64,000 bases of DNA from a bacterium (lineage in GTDB: Bacteria > Patescibacteriota > Minisyncoccia > Phycocordibacterales > UBA5272), in assembly GCA_023267635.1 (NCBI GenBank), contig JAHFMX010000006.1, positions 1,940-65,939 of the forward strand. Reading direction: 5' to 3'. The translations under genes were made by a program, and so were the position numbers. Every line of letters begins with the position of its first letter. Position 1 is the stretch's first letter. Positions 38,813-46,513 of the stretch are shown here, piece by piece. The notes beneath the pieces are model-generated. The model was given only the letters and a program-made list of their open reading frames with translations, had not been told where the DNA came from and did not search any database.

Positions 38813-39646
38813 TTAATACTTGCCACGTCTTGCTGTAGTTTTGGCAGATGCTGTCGGTGGGGCTTTAGCAGGAGCCTTACCTTTGACAGGCTTAGCAGGT
38901 TCTTCATCTTCAGGAAGTGCATAGTCAGTTTCAATAGCCCCTTCAGCTTTATCAACTCGTCTTATGATAGCCTCCATCAAAGCATCTGGCACTTCTGAAA
39001 TTAGCTCAAAGTTGATTGCATACTGGTTTGTCATGTGTGGCTCTACTTTCAATCTGGTAATAACTCCGTAGACTGGATAATCAAACGTAGCTTTAACCTG
39101 CTTAGCAAATGTAGAGAAGTTCTTGCCTGACGTTGGTGGAATCAGTAAAGAAACAATTTCTTGGTCAGCTATTTCAGTAGCTTTAGTAAACAACTTCGGT
39201 CTACCACTAACAATGCTGCCGATAACCAGAATTTCCAGCTTACGCCTGTTGCTGCAAGCCTTCCCCCGTCCTGTACCACTTGACCCATACTCATTATTGG
39301 GGCAGCCAAGACATGTCTCATGTACTGCGTTACCCGCAATAATTACCTTTTCAGCCGGAGCCATTTCTTTTGCTCCCTCACCATAAGCATAGCAGGCAGG
39401 GGGGAATGTTTCACCGGGCTCATAAGGCCTGTCATAAAACACATTATGGAAACGGTTAGCTAAGATAACACACAGCAGCTCATTTCCAAAAACAGGGACG
39501 TCATTGAATAACAATGTGCTACCTTTAACTTGATATGCTGTAGAAGTTTGTACGGATGCCTCAGCAGTAGCCTGCCGGTCAGCGTCTCTCTTAAGTCTGT
39601 CTTTCCAGGACATGACTGCTTTATTTTCTGAATTTACTTTTGCCAT
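38813..39646 (-). CDS. putative DNA-binding protein with Cys cluster and Lys/Ala/Pro-rich C-terminal tail
   Basis: CYAYG...C-x2-CP...C arrangement and histone-like tail AKPVKGKAPAKAPPTASAKTTARRGKY. Confidence 0.35.
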   Translation of the reverse strand: MAKVNSENKAVMSWKDRLKRDADRQATAEASVQTSTAYQVKGSTLLFNDVPVFGNELLCVILANRFHNVFYDRPYEPGETFPPACYAYGEGAKEMAPAEKVIIAGNAVHETCLGCPNNEYGSSGTGRGKACSNRRKLEILVIGSIVSGRPKLFTKATEIADQEIVSLLIPPTSGKNFSTFAKQVKATFDYPVYGVITRLKVEPHMTNQYAINFELISEVPDALMEAIIRRVDKAEGAIETDYALPEDEEPAKPVKGKAPAKAPPTASAKTTARRGKY

Positions 39647-39667
39647 TTTTTTACCTTTACTTTAAGT

Positions 39668-40033
39668 TTAAATTGCCAATCTTGTTGCAGCTGAAGTCAT
39701 TAAGACAAAATCAACAACAGAGAAAGCTATTGGCTTGGCTTCTTTTTTAAATAAGCCAGTTCTTTTTACTGAATTATGATCTGGGTTCTTTTTAACCCAC
39801 TCATAAATTTCAGACCTTATGAAAAAACGCTTTTTCTTAGTTCTGAAAATCGGTCTTGGGAAGTTCCTGAACTCCTCCATTACCATTAGATCAAGACGCT
39901 CAATGTTGATTAGCCCAAGATATGCAAGAGTTTGCTTACTTGTAAAAACCTCATCGAATGAAAGACCTTTTGGGGGTGTTATTATACCACTTGGCATGTT
40001 ATTCGTCCATGTTGATACAGTTAACCCAACCAT
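39668..40033 (-). CDS. hypothetical protein
   Basis: ORF only. Confidence 0.3.
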   Translation of the reverse strand: MVGLTVSTWTNNMPSGIITPPKGLSFDEVFTSKQTLAYLGLINIERLDLMVMEEFRNFPRPIFRTKKKRFFIRSEIYEWVKKNPDHNSVKRTGLFKKEAKPIAFSVVDFVLMTSAATRLAI

Positions 40034-40206
40034 CTATCAGTTCTTTTAATACAGACAATTGTGCATACCCATATAATGTAACTGACTGTGCTGGGGTGTA
40101 CACACCTTCATCAATGCAGGCGGGACTAACTATGGTGAGTGCCCCATCTTTAATTTTCGCTATGCACCAGCCAAGGTCTTCTGCCTTAGAGTATGATGTG
40201 CCCATG

Positions 40207-40605
40207 CTACTTCACCTTATTTAAACGGATGACGACAGCCTGGAAAGTTCCTATACCGGGTATAGGCTTCTTGGCATTCCATCTTGAAGATACAGCTTCC
40301 GGTGAAAGACGTGATTGGAAGATGTCTTGAGCTTTGTTCTTAACAGCCCAGGCCATCAAGGCAACCTTGTCAGTCACGTTGTAGACTTCTTTGGTTTCTA
40401 CCCGAACTGTTGCCAGTTTCCCGGAAGCTCCTGTCATGTCACTCTTTGGTAGAGTGTCTATGATGTGATTCTTTAATGCTGACTGCTCATCATCAAGAAC
40501 TTTGATCTGTGCATTCAGTTTTGATATTTCTTCTTTCAAGTTCCACAAATGATCAGCGCATGCACCAGCCGTTCTAGGGAATTTGTATACTTTCTTTACC
40601 GCCAT
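40207..40605 (-). CDS. hypothetical coiled-coil protein
   Basis: N-terminal heptad region; no firm family call. Confidence 0.3.
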   Translation of the reverse strand: MAVKKVYKFPRTAGACADHLWNLKEEISKLNAQIKVLDDEQSALKNHIIDTLPKSDMTGASGKLATVRVETKEVYNVTDKVALMAWAVKNKAQDIFQSRLSPEAVSSRWNAKKPIPGIGTFQAVVIRLNKVK

Positions 40606-40620
40606 TTTTATTTTCCTCTA

Positions 40621-40809
40621 TTACTTTACTTTTGGGGCTATGTCTAAAACATAGCATTCTTCATATATGTCATAATAATAAGACAAAGCTTTCCACTCAC
40701 CGGATGATGTTGAAAAAATCTTAAAGTCTTCATCAAGACCTTTCTCTAAGTCAGCCTTGCTTGTAATACCAACCTCGTCTACAAAATTTAGCATTTCTCT
40801 TGGAGTCAT
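40621..40809 (-). CDS. small hypothetical protein
   Basis: ORF only. Confidence 0.25.
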   Translation of the reverse strand: MTPREMLNFVDEVGITSKADLEKGLDEDFKIFSTSSGEWKALSYYYDIYEECYVLDIAPKVK

Positions 40810-41070
40810 TTTAAGCCCTTCTATTTCTTGTTTCTAAAACTTCTGATCATCATCACTGTAGAATTAACAGTAAGGATGAAAATCATGAAGCAGTTAATTA
40901 ATGTTATAACGTCGTGCATGACTCACTTCCATTTTTCTACAAAACGTTTTCGCGTCTTTTCCGTTGGTGGGCTGAACTTAGATAGGTCTTCTATCTTTTT
41001 TTCAGCTATCTCTTTTTTCTCTTCTGGGGTTTCGCCCCATTTATTTTTTGGTTTCATTTTCTATTTTCTT

Positions 41071-41274
41071 CTATTTAGTCCAGTCTTCTACAACACTTAT
41101 TGCTGCATTCAGAGTAGGGTAGTTACCTTCATACTTTTCTTCGTTGCTTAATTCAAACACCCTAAACAATGATATTCTACCGTCTTCGTAGCAGCACACT
41201 CTGGCACGTAGACTGTAAGTGCCACATAGTACCTCAATACAACCATTGTCTAACTTCCTGGTTTCTAAATTCAT
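41071..41274 (-). CDS. small hypothetical protein
   Basis: ORF only. Confidence 0.25.
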   Translation of the reverse strand: MNLETRKLDNGCIEVLCGTYSLRARVCCYEDGRISLFRVFELSNEEKYEGNYPTLNAAISVVEDWTK

Positions 41275-41630
41275 AGAGCCTCCTTCACTTCAAAAAACAC
41301 CACATCCTTCGGTAGCTTTTTAAGCCTCTTGTCTGGAACTCTCTTCCCATTAATAAACACCATGAATTTGCCGAAAACTACACGGGTAGATTCATCCCAC
41401 CTTTCAATCACTTCAAACAGATCACCTCCAACATTAGCCACCAGTTTTATGTAGTTCCTTTCTGATGCTGGTGCTCTGTGGTTGGCATGCCGTGTACTAT
41501 GCTTTCTGCATACTGGGCCGGTTTCAGCTATCATCTCGATTAGCTCTTTGGCTTTAATTTCATTCATGGTCGTTCTCCTTGCCATAGTGGAATCCTGTTT
41601 CGTCATATTCGTAGCCTTCAGGAGCCCCAT
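41271..41630 (-). CDS. hypothetical protein
   Basis: ORF, ATGA-coupled. Confidence 0.3.
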   Translation of the reverse strand: MGLLKATNMTKQDSTMARRTTMNEIKAKELIEMIAETGPVCRKHSTRHANHRAPASERNYIKLVANVGGDLFEVIERWDESTRVVFGKFMVFINGKRVPDKRLKKLPKDVVFFEVKEAL

Positions 41631-41708
41631 TTATAAGTGCCAAGGCAATCATAGGAAGAATAACTACTACGAAAACAACCAATACAAAATATAACATTTC
41701 ATTTCCCC

Positions 41709-42116
41709 TTAAAAATTTCTTACAAACTTTTCTGCATCATCATCAAATGATGCCTCTTTTAAATAAAATCCGATGTTGTGTAACTGACTTTGGGTGAAGT
41801 CAGTAGAACGTATATCCAGTTTTCTTTCTGTTAAAACACCTGCTGCCGTAGAATGTAGCGGGTACTCATTAAGTTTCACTGAAGTGTAGTATGAAGCTTT
41901 CTTATCCAAAGTATCTGCAAACACCATCATCAATTCTGCTTCACAATCACTATTGAGATAGCCTTTAAAAACTTTACCAATAGCTTTCTGAAGTGGTATG
42001 TATTCCAACGTTTTCATTTCAAGCCTCAGTTTGGTTGTCAAATGCTTCGATGTTTCTGTTCCAGTCAAGATGCGTGTGAGTCTGTGGTTTTGATGGTGCA
42101 ACAACGTTCTCAACAA
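41709..42116 (-). CDS. hypothetical protein
   Basis: ORF only. Confidence 0.3.
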   Translation of the reverse strand: MLRTLLHHQNHRLTRILTGTETSKHLTTKLRLEMKTLEYIPLQKAIGKVFKGYLNSDCEAELMMVFADTLDKKASYYTSVKLNEYPLHSTAAGVLTERKLDIRSTDFTQSQLHNIGFYLKEASFDDDAEKFVRNF

Positions 42117-42393
42117 CAGGCTCTACAGTAGTGAAGGACTGATAGAATGTAGTTCCTACTACTGAAAAGAAAATAAGTAAGAATACTGATATTACCCATT
42201 CTGCCAAGTTTTTCATAATAATTAGCCTCTCCTATGAATCGTGCAATTGAGAAACCGCTTGTGATGACCTTCCACTTAAGGCGACTTGATCTGATATATA
42301 CCAGACTGACAAAAGTGCAATAAGCACTGCCACAAGATGAACGAAAGTGTTGACCCACTTAAATAAATTTTTCATTTCAATTTCCAATTAAGG

Positions 42394-42672
42394 TTAATGG
42401 CACCCCCTGTAAGCAATTACAGGGAGCTCTTTTACATCTTCGGGGTGCAAAGCATCAAGGACTTCATCCATCATGTTCTGCGTTTTACAAAAATAATCTG
42501 CATACTTTTCCAAAAAATCAAAGTCGTATGCTCTAAAATTAAATTTAGATTCATGCTCGTCTTTTGATAGCTTGTATCCTTCAGCTTCAAGGACATAGTG
42601 CTTGATCTTATAGTCATAAAATATTGAGACTTTAAGTGTTCCAATTGAGCTGAAGGATAGCAGGGTTCTCAT
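42394..42672 (-). CDS. hypothetical protein
   Basis: ORF only. Confidence 0.3.
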   Translation of the reverse strand: MRTLLSFSSIGTLKVSIFYDYKIKHYVLEAEGYKLSKDEHESKFNFRAYDFDFLEKYADYFCKTQNMMDEVLDALHPEDVKELPVIAYRGCH

Positions 42673-42681
42673 GACTGGCTA

Positions 42682-43218
42682 TCAGGCTATGTGAGTGAAA
42701 CGATTGTTACGGACTGCACGTGCTCTTACCAGTACAGGATCAATGCCTTTAACCCCTTCATTTATCACATAGTCAAACAGAGAAAGTTGAAAAGGCACAG
42801 TAGCCACCGGAGCGGGTGCACGAGAGAACCTTTTATTCCGTGCTTCACGTGCCGCTATCAATGTTTGGTCTATGTTTAACTCTTTGGTTTTGTCTGCTGC
42901 AGAGGTATGTACAATACCCTCAATAAGCTCGGTAACTTCAGACCACGTAGTAGTGGCAGTGTTGACACTAAAGGTTTTGTCAATGCTGTCACCTTCATTG
43001 CTGGTGCCTTTAACTATGACAACGAACCAGCCTTTGCCAAGATTGTAGTCACCGGTTTTCACAGGTTGGAAATACCCAGGCTCATTAACTTGCTCTTTTT
43101 GCTTGTAGCCAAGAGCGGAGTTTCTCAACTCACGTTCTTTACTAAGCTTTGCTATCCGTTTAATGGATTGGGCAAGAGTGGCTTGGTACCGTGCATTTTC
43201 TTCATCTTGTATGTTCAT
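42682..43218 (-). CDS. hypothetical protein
   Basis: 178-aa ORF. Confidence 0.35.
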   Translation of the reverse strand: MNIQDEENARYQATLAQSIKRIAKLSKERELRNSALGYKQKEQVNEPGYFQPVKTGDYNLGKGWFVVIVKGTSNEGDSIDKTFSVNTATTTWSEVTELIEGIVHTSAADKTKELNIDQTLIAAREARNKRFSRAPAPVATVPFQLSLFDYVINEGVKGIDPVLVRARAVRNNRFTHIA

Positions 43219-43250
43219 TTTGCTTACCTATTTTGATTAAATTGTTATTT

Positions 43251-43457
43251 TTACACTTCACTACAGATCATTCCGTTTGGGCTTCCACCCATTTCAAAAA
43301 AATCCTGTGTGAATGCAGTTATTTCGTTCATTGGTGCAGTCACTTTAACTACATCAAACTTATTGCTCAGAACATAATTTGCCGCTTCCCCTGGTATGGA
43401 AAAACGAATTGTAAGGTATATGTTCACATCTTCCCTTTTTAATTTTAGCTCTAACAT
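43251..43457 (-). CDS. small hypothetical protein
   Basis: ORF only. Confidence 0.25.
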   Translation of the reverse strand: MLELKLKREDVNIYLTIRFSIPGEAANYVLSNKFDVVKVTAPMNEITAFTQDFFEMGGSPNGMICSEV

Positions 43458-43566
43458 ACTGACTCCTGTGAGTCTGATTTAAAATTAAAAAGATGTCTGA
43501 ATCTCACAGGCTTTCCGTTTCATGTTTTAGAGGGCTACTACGGATAAGATTCCCTATTAAGGCGGT

Positions 43567-43728
43567 CTACCAGTATCTTGTGCTGTCATTCTCCAGGTCA
43601 AACATAAGCTCTTCAACTTCCGTCAGTGCTAAGTTCATAACGTCTGTCATGATTCTATTGGCTTGGTCATCAGTAATGGTTTTACCTATGTGCTCGATTA
43701 CTGACTCTAATTCTTGAACTGTGTACAT
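43567..43728 (-). CDS. small acidic protein (53 aa) absent from the ORF track
   Basis: Minus-strand ATG preceded by AGAGGA SD; translation MYTVQELESVIEHIGKTITDDQANRIMTDVMNLALTEVEELMFDLENDSTRYW; sits where the track shows only an antisense ORF. Confidence 0.3.
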   Translation of the reverse strand: MYTVQELESVIEHIGKTITDDQANRIMTDVMNLALTEVEELMFDLENDSTRYW

Positions 43729-43998
43729 TTCAGTTTCCTCTATATTCAGTTTAAGTTATTTATTCCGTTTTAGCAGAAGTCCCCTTATTAGTTGGTAGAC
43801 TTCCAGGTTCGGTATTGGTTGAACCCTTGCTTTTCCGTTGAGAGATATTCTCCCCCTATTGGGGTTTATTTGCAACTATTTAATTGCAAATAAATTAAAG
43901 TTTTTTGGGATTTTAATAAATTCAAACACTTAAGGTTTAAAATAATTATATATTTGTAAAATTAATCCGCAAGAAGTGCATTTATTTTATAGTTTAAG

Positions 43999-44247
43999 TC
44001 AGCCTTCAGCATCTTCTTCAAGCAACTCAATCTGGTCTGGTCGATAGATATGAAGCATACCGGAAATTGGTGCATCAAATTCTAAGATAATCCTAGGCTC
44101 ACCGGCTAACGTCTCGAATTCAGCTATGACAGTCCCTGTATGCTGAAAACTCCCACCTACTTTAATAGCCCTATAGGGCTCAAATACTTTGCCCATATTA
44201 GAACGGATTATCATAAATGGGAGGTGTTCTCTCCAACTGAGAGGCAT
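43999..44247 (-). CDS. hypothetical protein
   Basis: ORF only. Confidence 0.3.
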   Translation of the reverse strand: MPLSWREHLPFMIIRSNMGKVFEPYRAIKVGGSFQHTGTVIAEFETLAGEPRIILEFDAPISGMLHIYRPDQIELLEEDAEG

Positions 44248-44470
44248 CTACACAGGATTGGCCAATTACTGCTGCAGCATATCTTTTGTTTATCTCAACT
44301 AAAGCATCTACACCTTCAAGGATAGCTTCTCTATCCTTAGCCGATAATTTGCTCAGCACAGAATCAGCCTTGCCTATGGAGCTCTCCTGTTCTACAGATA
44401 CTCCATAGCCTACTGCATAATTACTAGCCAGAATACAGACAGCGGATAATATTAATACTTTCTTCTTCAT
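44198..44470 (-). CDS. small secreted protein
   Basis: Signal peptide MKKKVLILSAVCILASNYA. Confidence 0.35.
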   Translation of the reverse strand: MKKKVLILSAVCILASNYAVGYGVSVEQESSIGKADSVLSKLSAKDREAILEGVDALVEINKRYAAAVIGQSCVDASQLERTPPIYDNPF

Positions 44471-44479
44471 TTTCTAATC

Positions 44480-44791
44480 CTATTTAATTTCACCAAGCCC
44501 AAAGCATACTGGGCACATTTTACTCATTGTGGAGGCACCCCTGGTAACTTTAACCTTACCAGAGCCATCACACTGGCTACATAGGGAGATTGCAAACTTA
44601 TTGTCAGCATCTCTTATACGCAGCTCATCCAAAGCGTTTTTATAGACTTTTTGAAGATGCTTGAACTCTTCTATGTCTCCACCCTTATCTGGGTGCATGA
44701 TGTGGCTAAGCTTCTTGTATGCCTGCTTCACATCTTCAACTGTAGCACTAGTTCCCAGGCTAAGTATTTCTAAAGCAGTATAATCAGTCAT
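44480..44791 (-). CDS. J-domain protein with one DnaJ-type CxxCxGxG zinc hairpin (mini-DnaJ co-chaperone)
   Basis: DYTALEILSLGTSATVEDVKQAYKKLSHIMHPDKGGD (HPD motif); CSQCDGSGK ... CPVCFGLGE. Confidence 0.75.
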   Translation of the reverse strand: MTDYTALEILSLGTSATVEDVKQAYKKLSHIMHPDKGGDIEEFKHLQKVYKNALDELRIRDADNKFAISLCSQCDGSGKVKVTRGASTMSKMCPVCFGLGEIK

Positions 44792-44799
44792 GTAATTTT

Positions 44800-45024
44800 T
44801 CAGTATGTAATATGCACAAGTAGCCGTTCTGCTTCACTGATGCAGGCCAATTGAGCAACCCCACACCAGTCAGCCCTTACCCTTGCTGAAGCTATGTAGT
44901 TCTCAAGAAGCTTTTGTTTGGGGTAGGTACTACTCAAAGTAGCACCTATGTTGTTGATCCAAAGGAGCTCTTCAGAAGTGCTCCAGGCTGTGTTATGGGA
45001 GTAGTCTGGAGTTTCTTCTTTCAT
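44800..45024 (-). CDS. small hypothetical protein
   Basis: ORF only. Confidence 0.25.
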   Translation of the reverse strand: MKEETPDYSHNTAWSTSEELLWINNIGATLSSTYPKQKLLENYIASARVRADWCGVAQLACISEAERLLVHITY

Positions 45025-45260
45025 TGAAGTGCAATAGAAGCATTAAGATCAACTTGATCGTTAAAGAACTTGATGAAATCTTTTTTGTGTGAGGGGACAT
45101 CTACTTTCTTTATGCTGATTGAACTCCTCACGAAAGTAAGATGCCTAATCAGGCGTGTTTTTAATTTACAAGCTTCACGTTTAGATTTTGACAAGTATGT
45201 GTACCTAAGACCATTTGCTTGCAGACCTGTCACTAGATAAATTTTGGTTAACCTAATCAT
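45021..45260 (-). CDS. small basic hypothetical protein
   Basis: ORF only. Confidence 0.25.
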   Translation of the reverse strand: MIRLTKIYLVTGLQANGLRYTYLSKSKREACKLKTRLIRHLTFVRSSISIKKVDVPSHKKDFIKFFNDQVDLNASIALQ

Positions 45261-46000
45261 AGTGAACCCTTGACAGCAGATGTGATTTCTTTGAACAGTT
45301 CTTTTAAGTACTTCACTTTAGCCTTTTCACCGTATTCAACAGCGGCATCTATGTGTGCATCGAACAGGTCTCTGAAGGAAGTAACCGCCGAAAAATTTAC
45401 AGCTTTAGCCTTGGCAATCAGTTGCTTATCTGTTGCTGCTTCCAGTTTTTCAATTTGCTTTAAAGCACTTGCTAACTCTTTTTCAAGCGTCTTTACTGCA
45501 GGGTCAACTTTTGTTGTGGGTGTGGATACTTTTTCCAGTTGCTTAAGAGCCCCGGAAAGGTCACGCTCAAGCTGCTTTTTTTCAGCTTCAAGTGCTTTAA
45601 CTTTTTGAGCTGAATCTTTGCCTACTGATTTTTCAAGCTCTTTTCTGATAAGTTTTTCAGTGTTTTCCTCGGCCTTGGCAATAGCATCTTCGATCTGCTC
45701 TTCATGCTCTTCAATAGCCTGAGCAACTGCTTCATCAATTAATGCAGAAACTTCATCAAAGTCTTCCCAGCCTTCAGGGAGCCCTGCAGCTGCCGACGTG
45801 TTTGGTGTGCTTAATGTATGTGGGTTGTCTTGATTTAATGCTGCTTCTACTGACTCTGACAGCTCTTGAAGACCAGCTTCAACAACGCCATCGATGTTGT
45901 TAAGTGCCTCTGTAAAGTCTGAGAGGAACTTCTCGAAGGATTTGTTTAGCAGGTCTTCGGGGGTAGGTTCTACTACAGGTTCTGGTTTCTTTTTTGCCAT
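45257..46000 (-). CDS. highly acidic coiled-coil protein, first gene of the leftward early unit
   Basis: 247 aa from the internal ATG (MAKKKPEPV; upstream AAAGAGAA); very high D/E content; promoter-proximal position. Confidence 0.4.
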   Translation of the reverse strand: MAKKKPEPVVEPTPEDLLNKSFEKFLSDFTEALNNIDGVVEAGLQELSESVEAALNQDNPHTLSTPNTSAAAGLPEGWEDFDEVSALIDEAVAQAIEEHEEQIEDAIAKAEENTEKLIRKELEKSVGKDSAQKVKALEAEKKQLERDLSGALKQLEKVSTPTTKVDPAVKTLEKELASALKQIEKLEAATDKQLIAKAKAVNFSAVTSFRDLFDAHIDAAVEYGEKAKVKYLKELFKEITSAVKGSL

Positions 46001-46222
46001 TTTCAAATTCTCTTTATGTTGTTGATCAGGGAGGATTCCCACACGCATAATGATATAGACTTTTATACGAAAAGCAACAACTATTTGAATTATTTTTAGT
46101 TGACAGGGTTAAAAAGGCCCACCGGGTTTAGGGGTGAGCTTCGAGGCCCTTCAGAGGAAGTAGTGGCAAAAAGTAGAGGTAAGCTACTTAGGGGATATGT
46201 TAGCACATTGTCTGAAACAAAG

Positions 46223-46252
46223 TTGACTTTCTTTTTTAAAGGGTGTATTGTG
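46223..46252 (+). promoter_or_regulatory. candidate sigma70-type promoter (TTGACT-17-TATTGT) for the rightward unit
   Basis: Hexamers read directly in the divergent intergenic region upstream of the RHH gene. Confidence 0.3.
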
Positions 46253-46294
46253 TTCATCTTTCTTCACATAAATATTACAAATAGAGGGGCTTCT

Positions 46295-46513
46295 ATGCCT
46301 AGACCAACACCTATTGAACCGTTAGCTCACATTCACATTAAGATGGAGGCTAAATTAAAGCAGCAATTACAAGAACTTGCGGCTAAAAACTCAATTAATT
46401 TCACTCAATTGCTTACCAGACTTGCAGTAGACCACTTAGAAGCGGAAGCTCGCATTTATGGTATTACTGTGAACACCCTCCAGCCACGGAAGGCGGGGGT
46501 TGTAGATGAGTAA
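46295..46513 (+). CDS. ribbon-helix-helix (Arc/CopG-like) DNA-binding protein
   Basis: 72 aa from the ATG with AGAGGGG SD; KMEAKLKQQLQELAAKNSINFTQLLTRLAVDHLE fits beta-strand plus two helices of RHH repressors. Confidence 0.5.
   Translation: MPRPTPIEPLAHIHIKMEAKLKQQLQELAAKNSINFTQLLTRLAVDHLEAEARIYGITVNTLQPRKAGVVDE

Noticed and set aside
43493-43717. 74-aa plus-strand ORF from the track
   Set aside because: A better-supported minus-strand 53-aa ORF with an AGAGGA SD occupies the same DNA (43567-43728)
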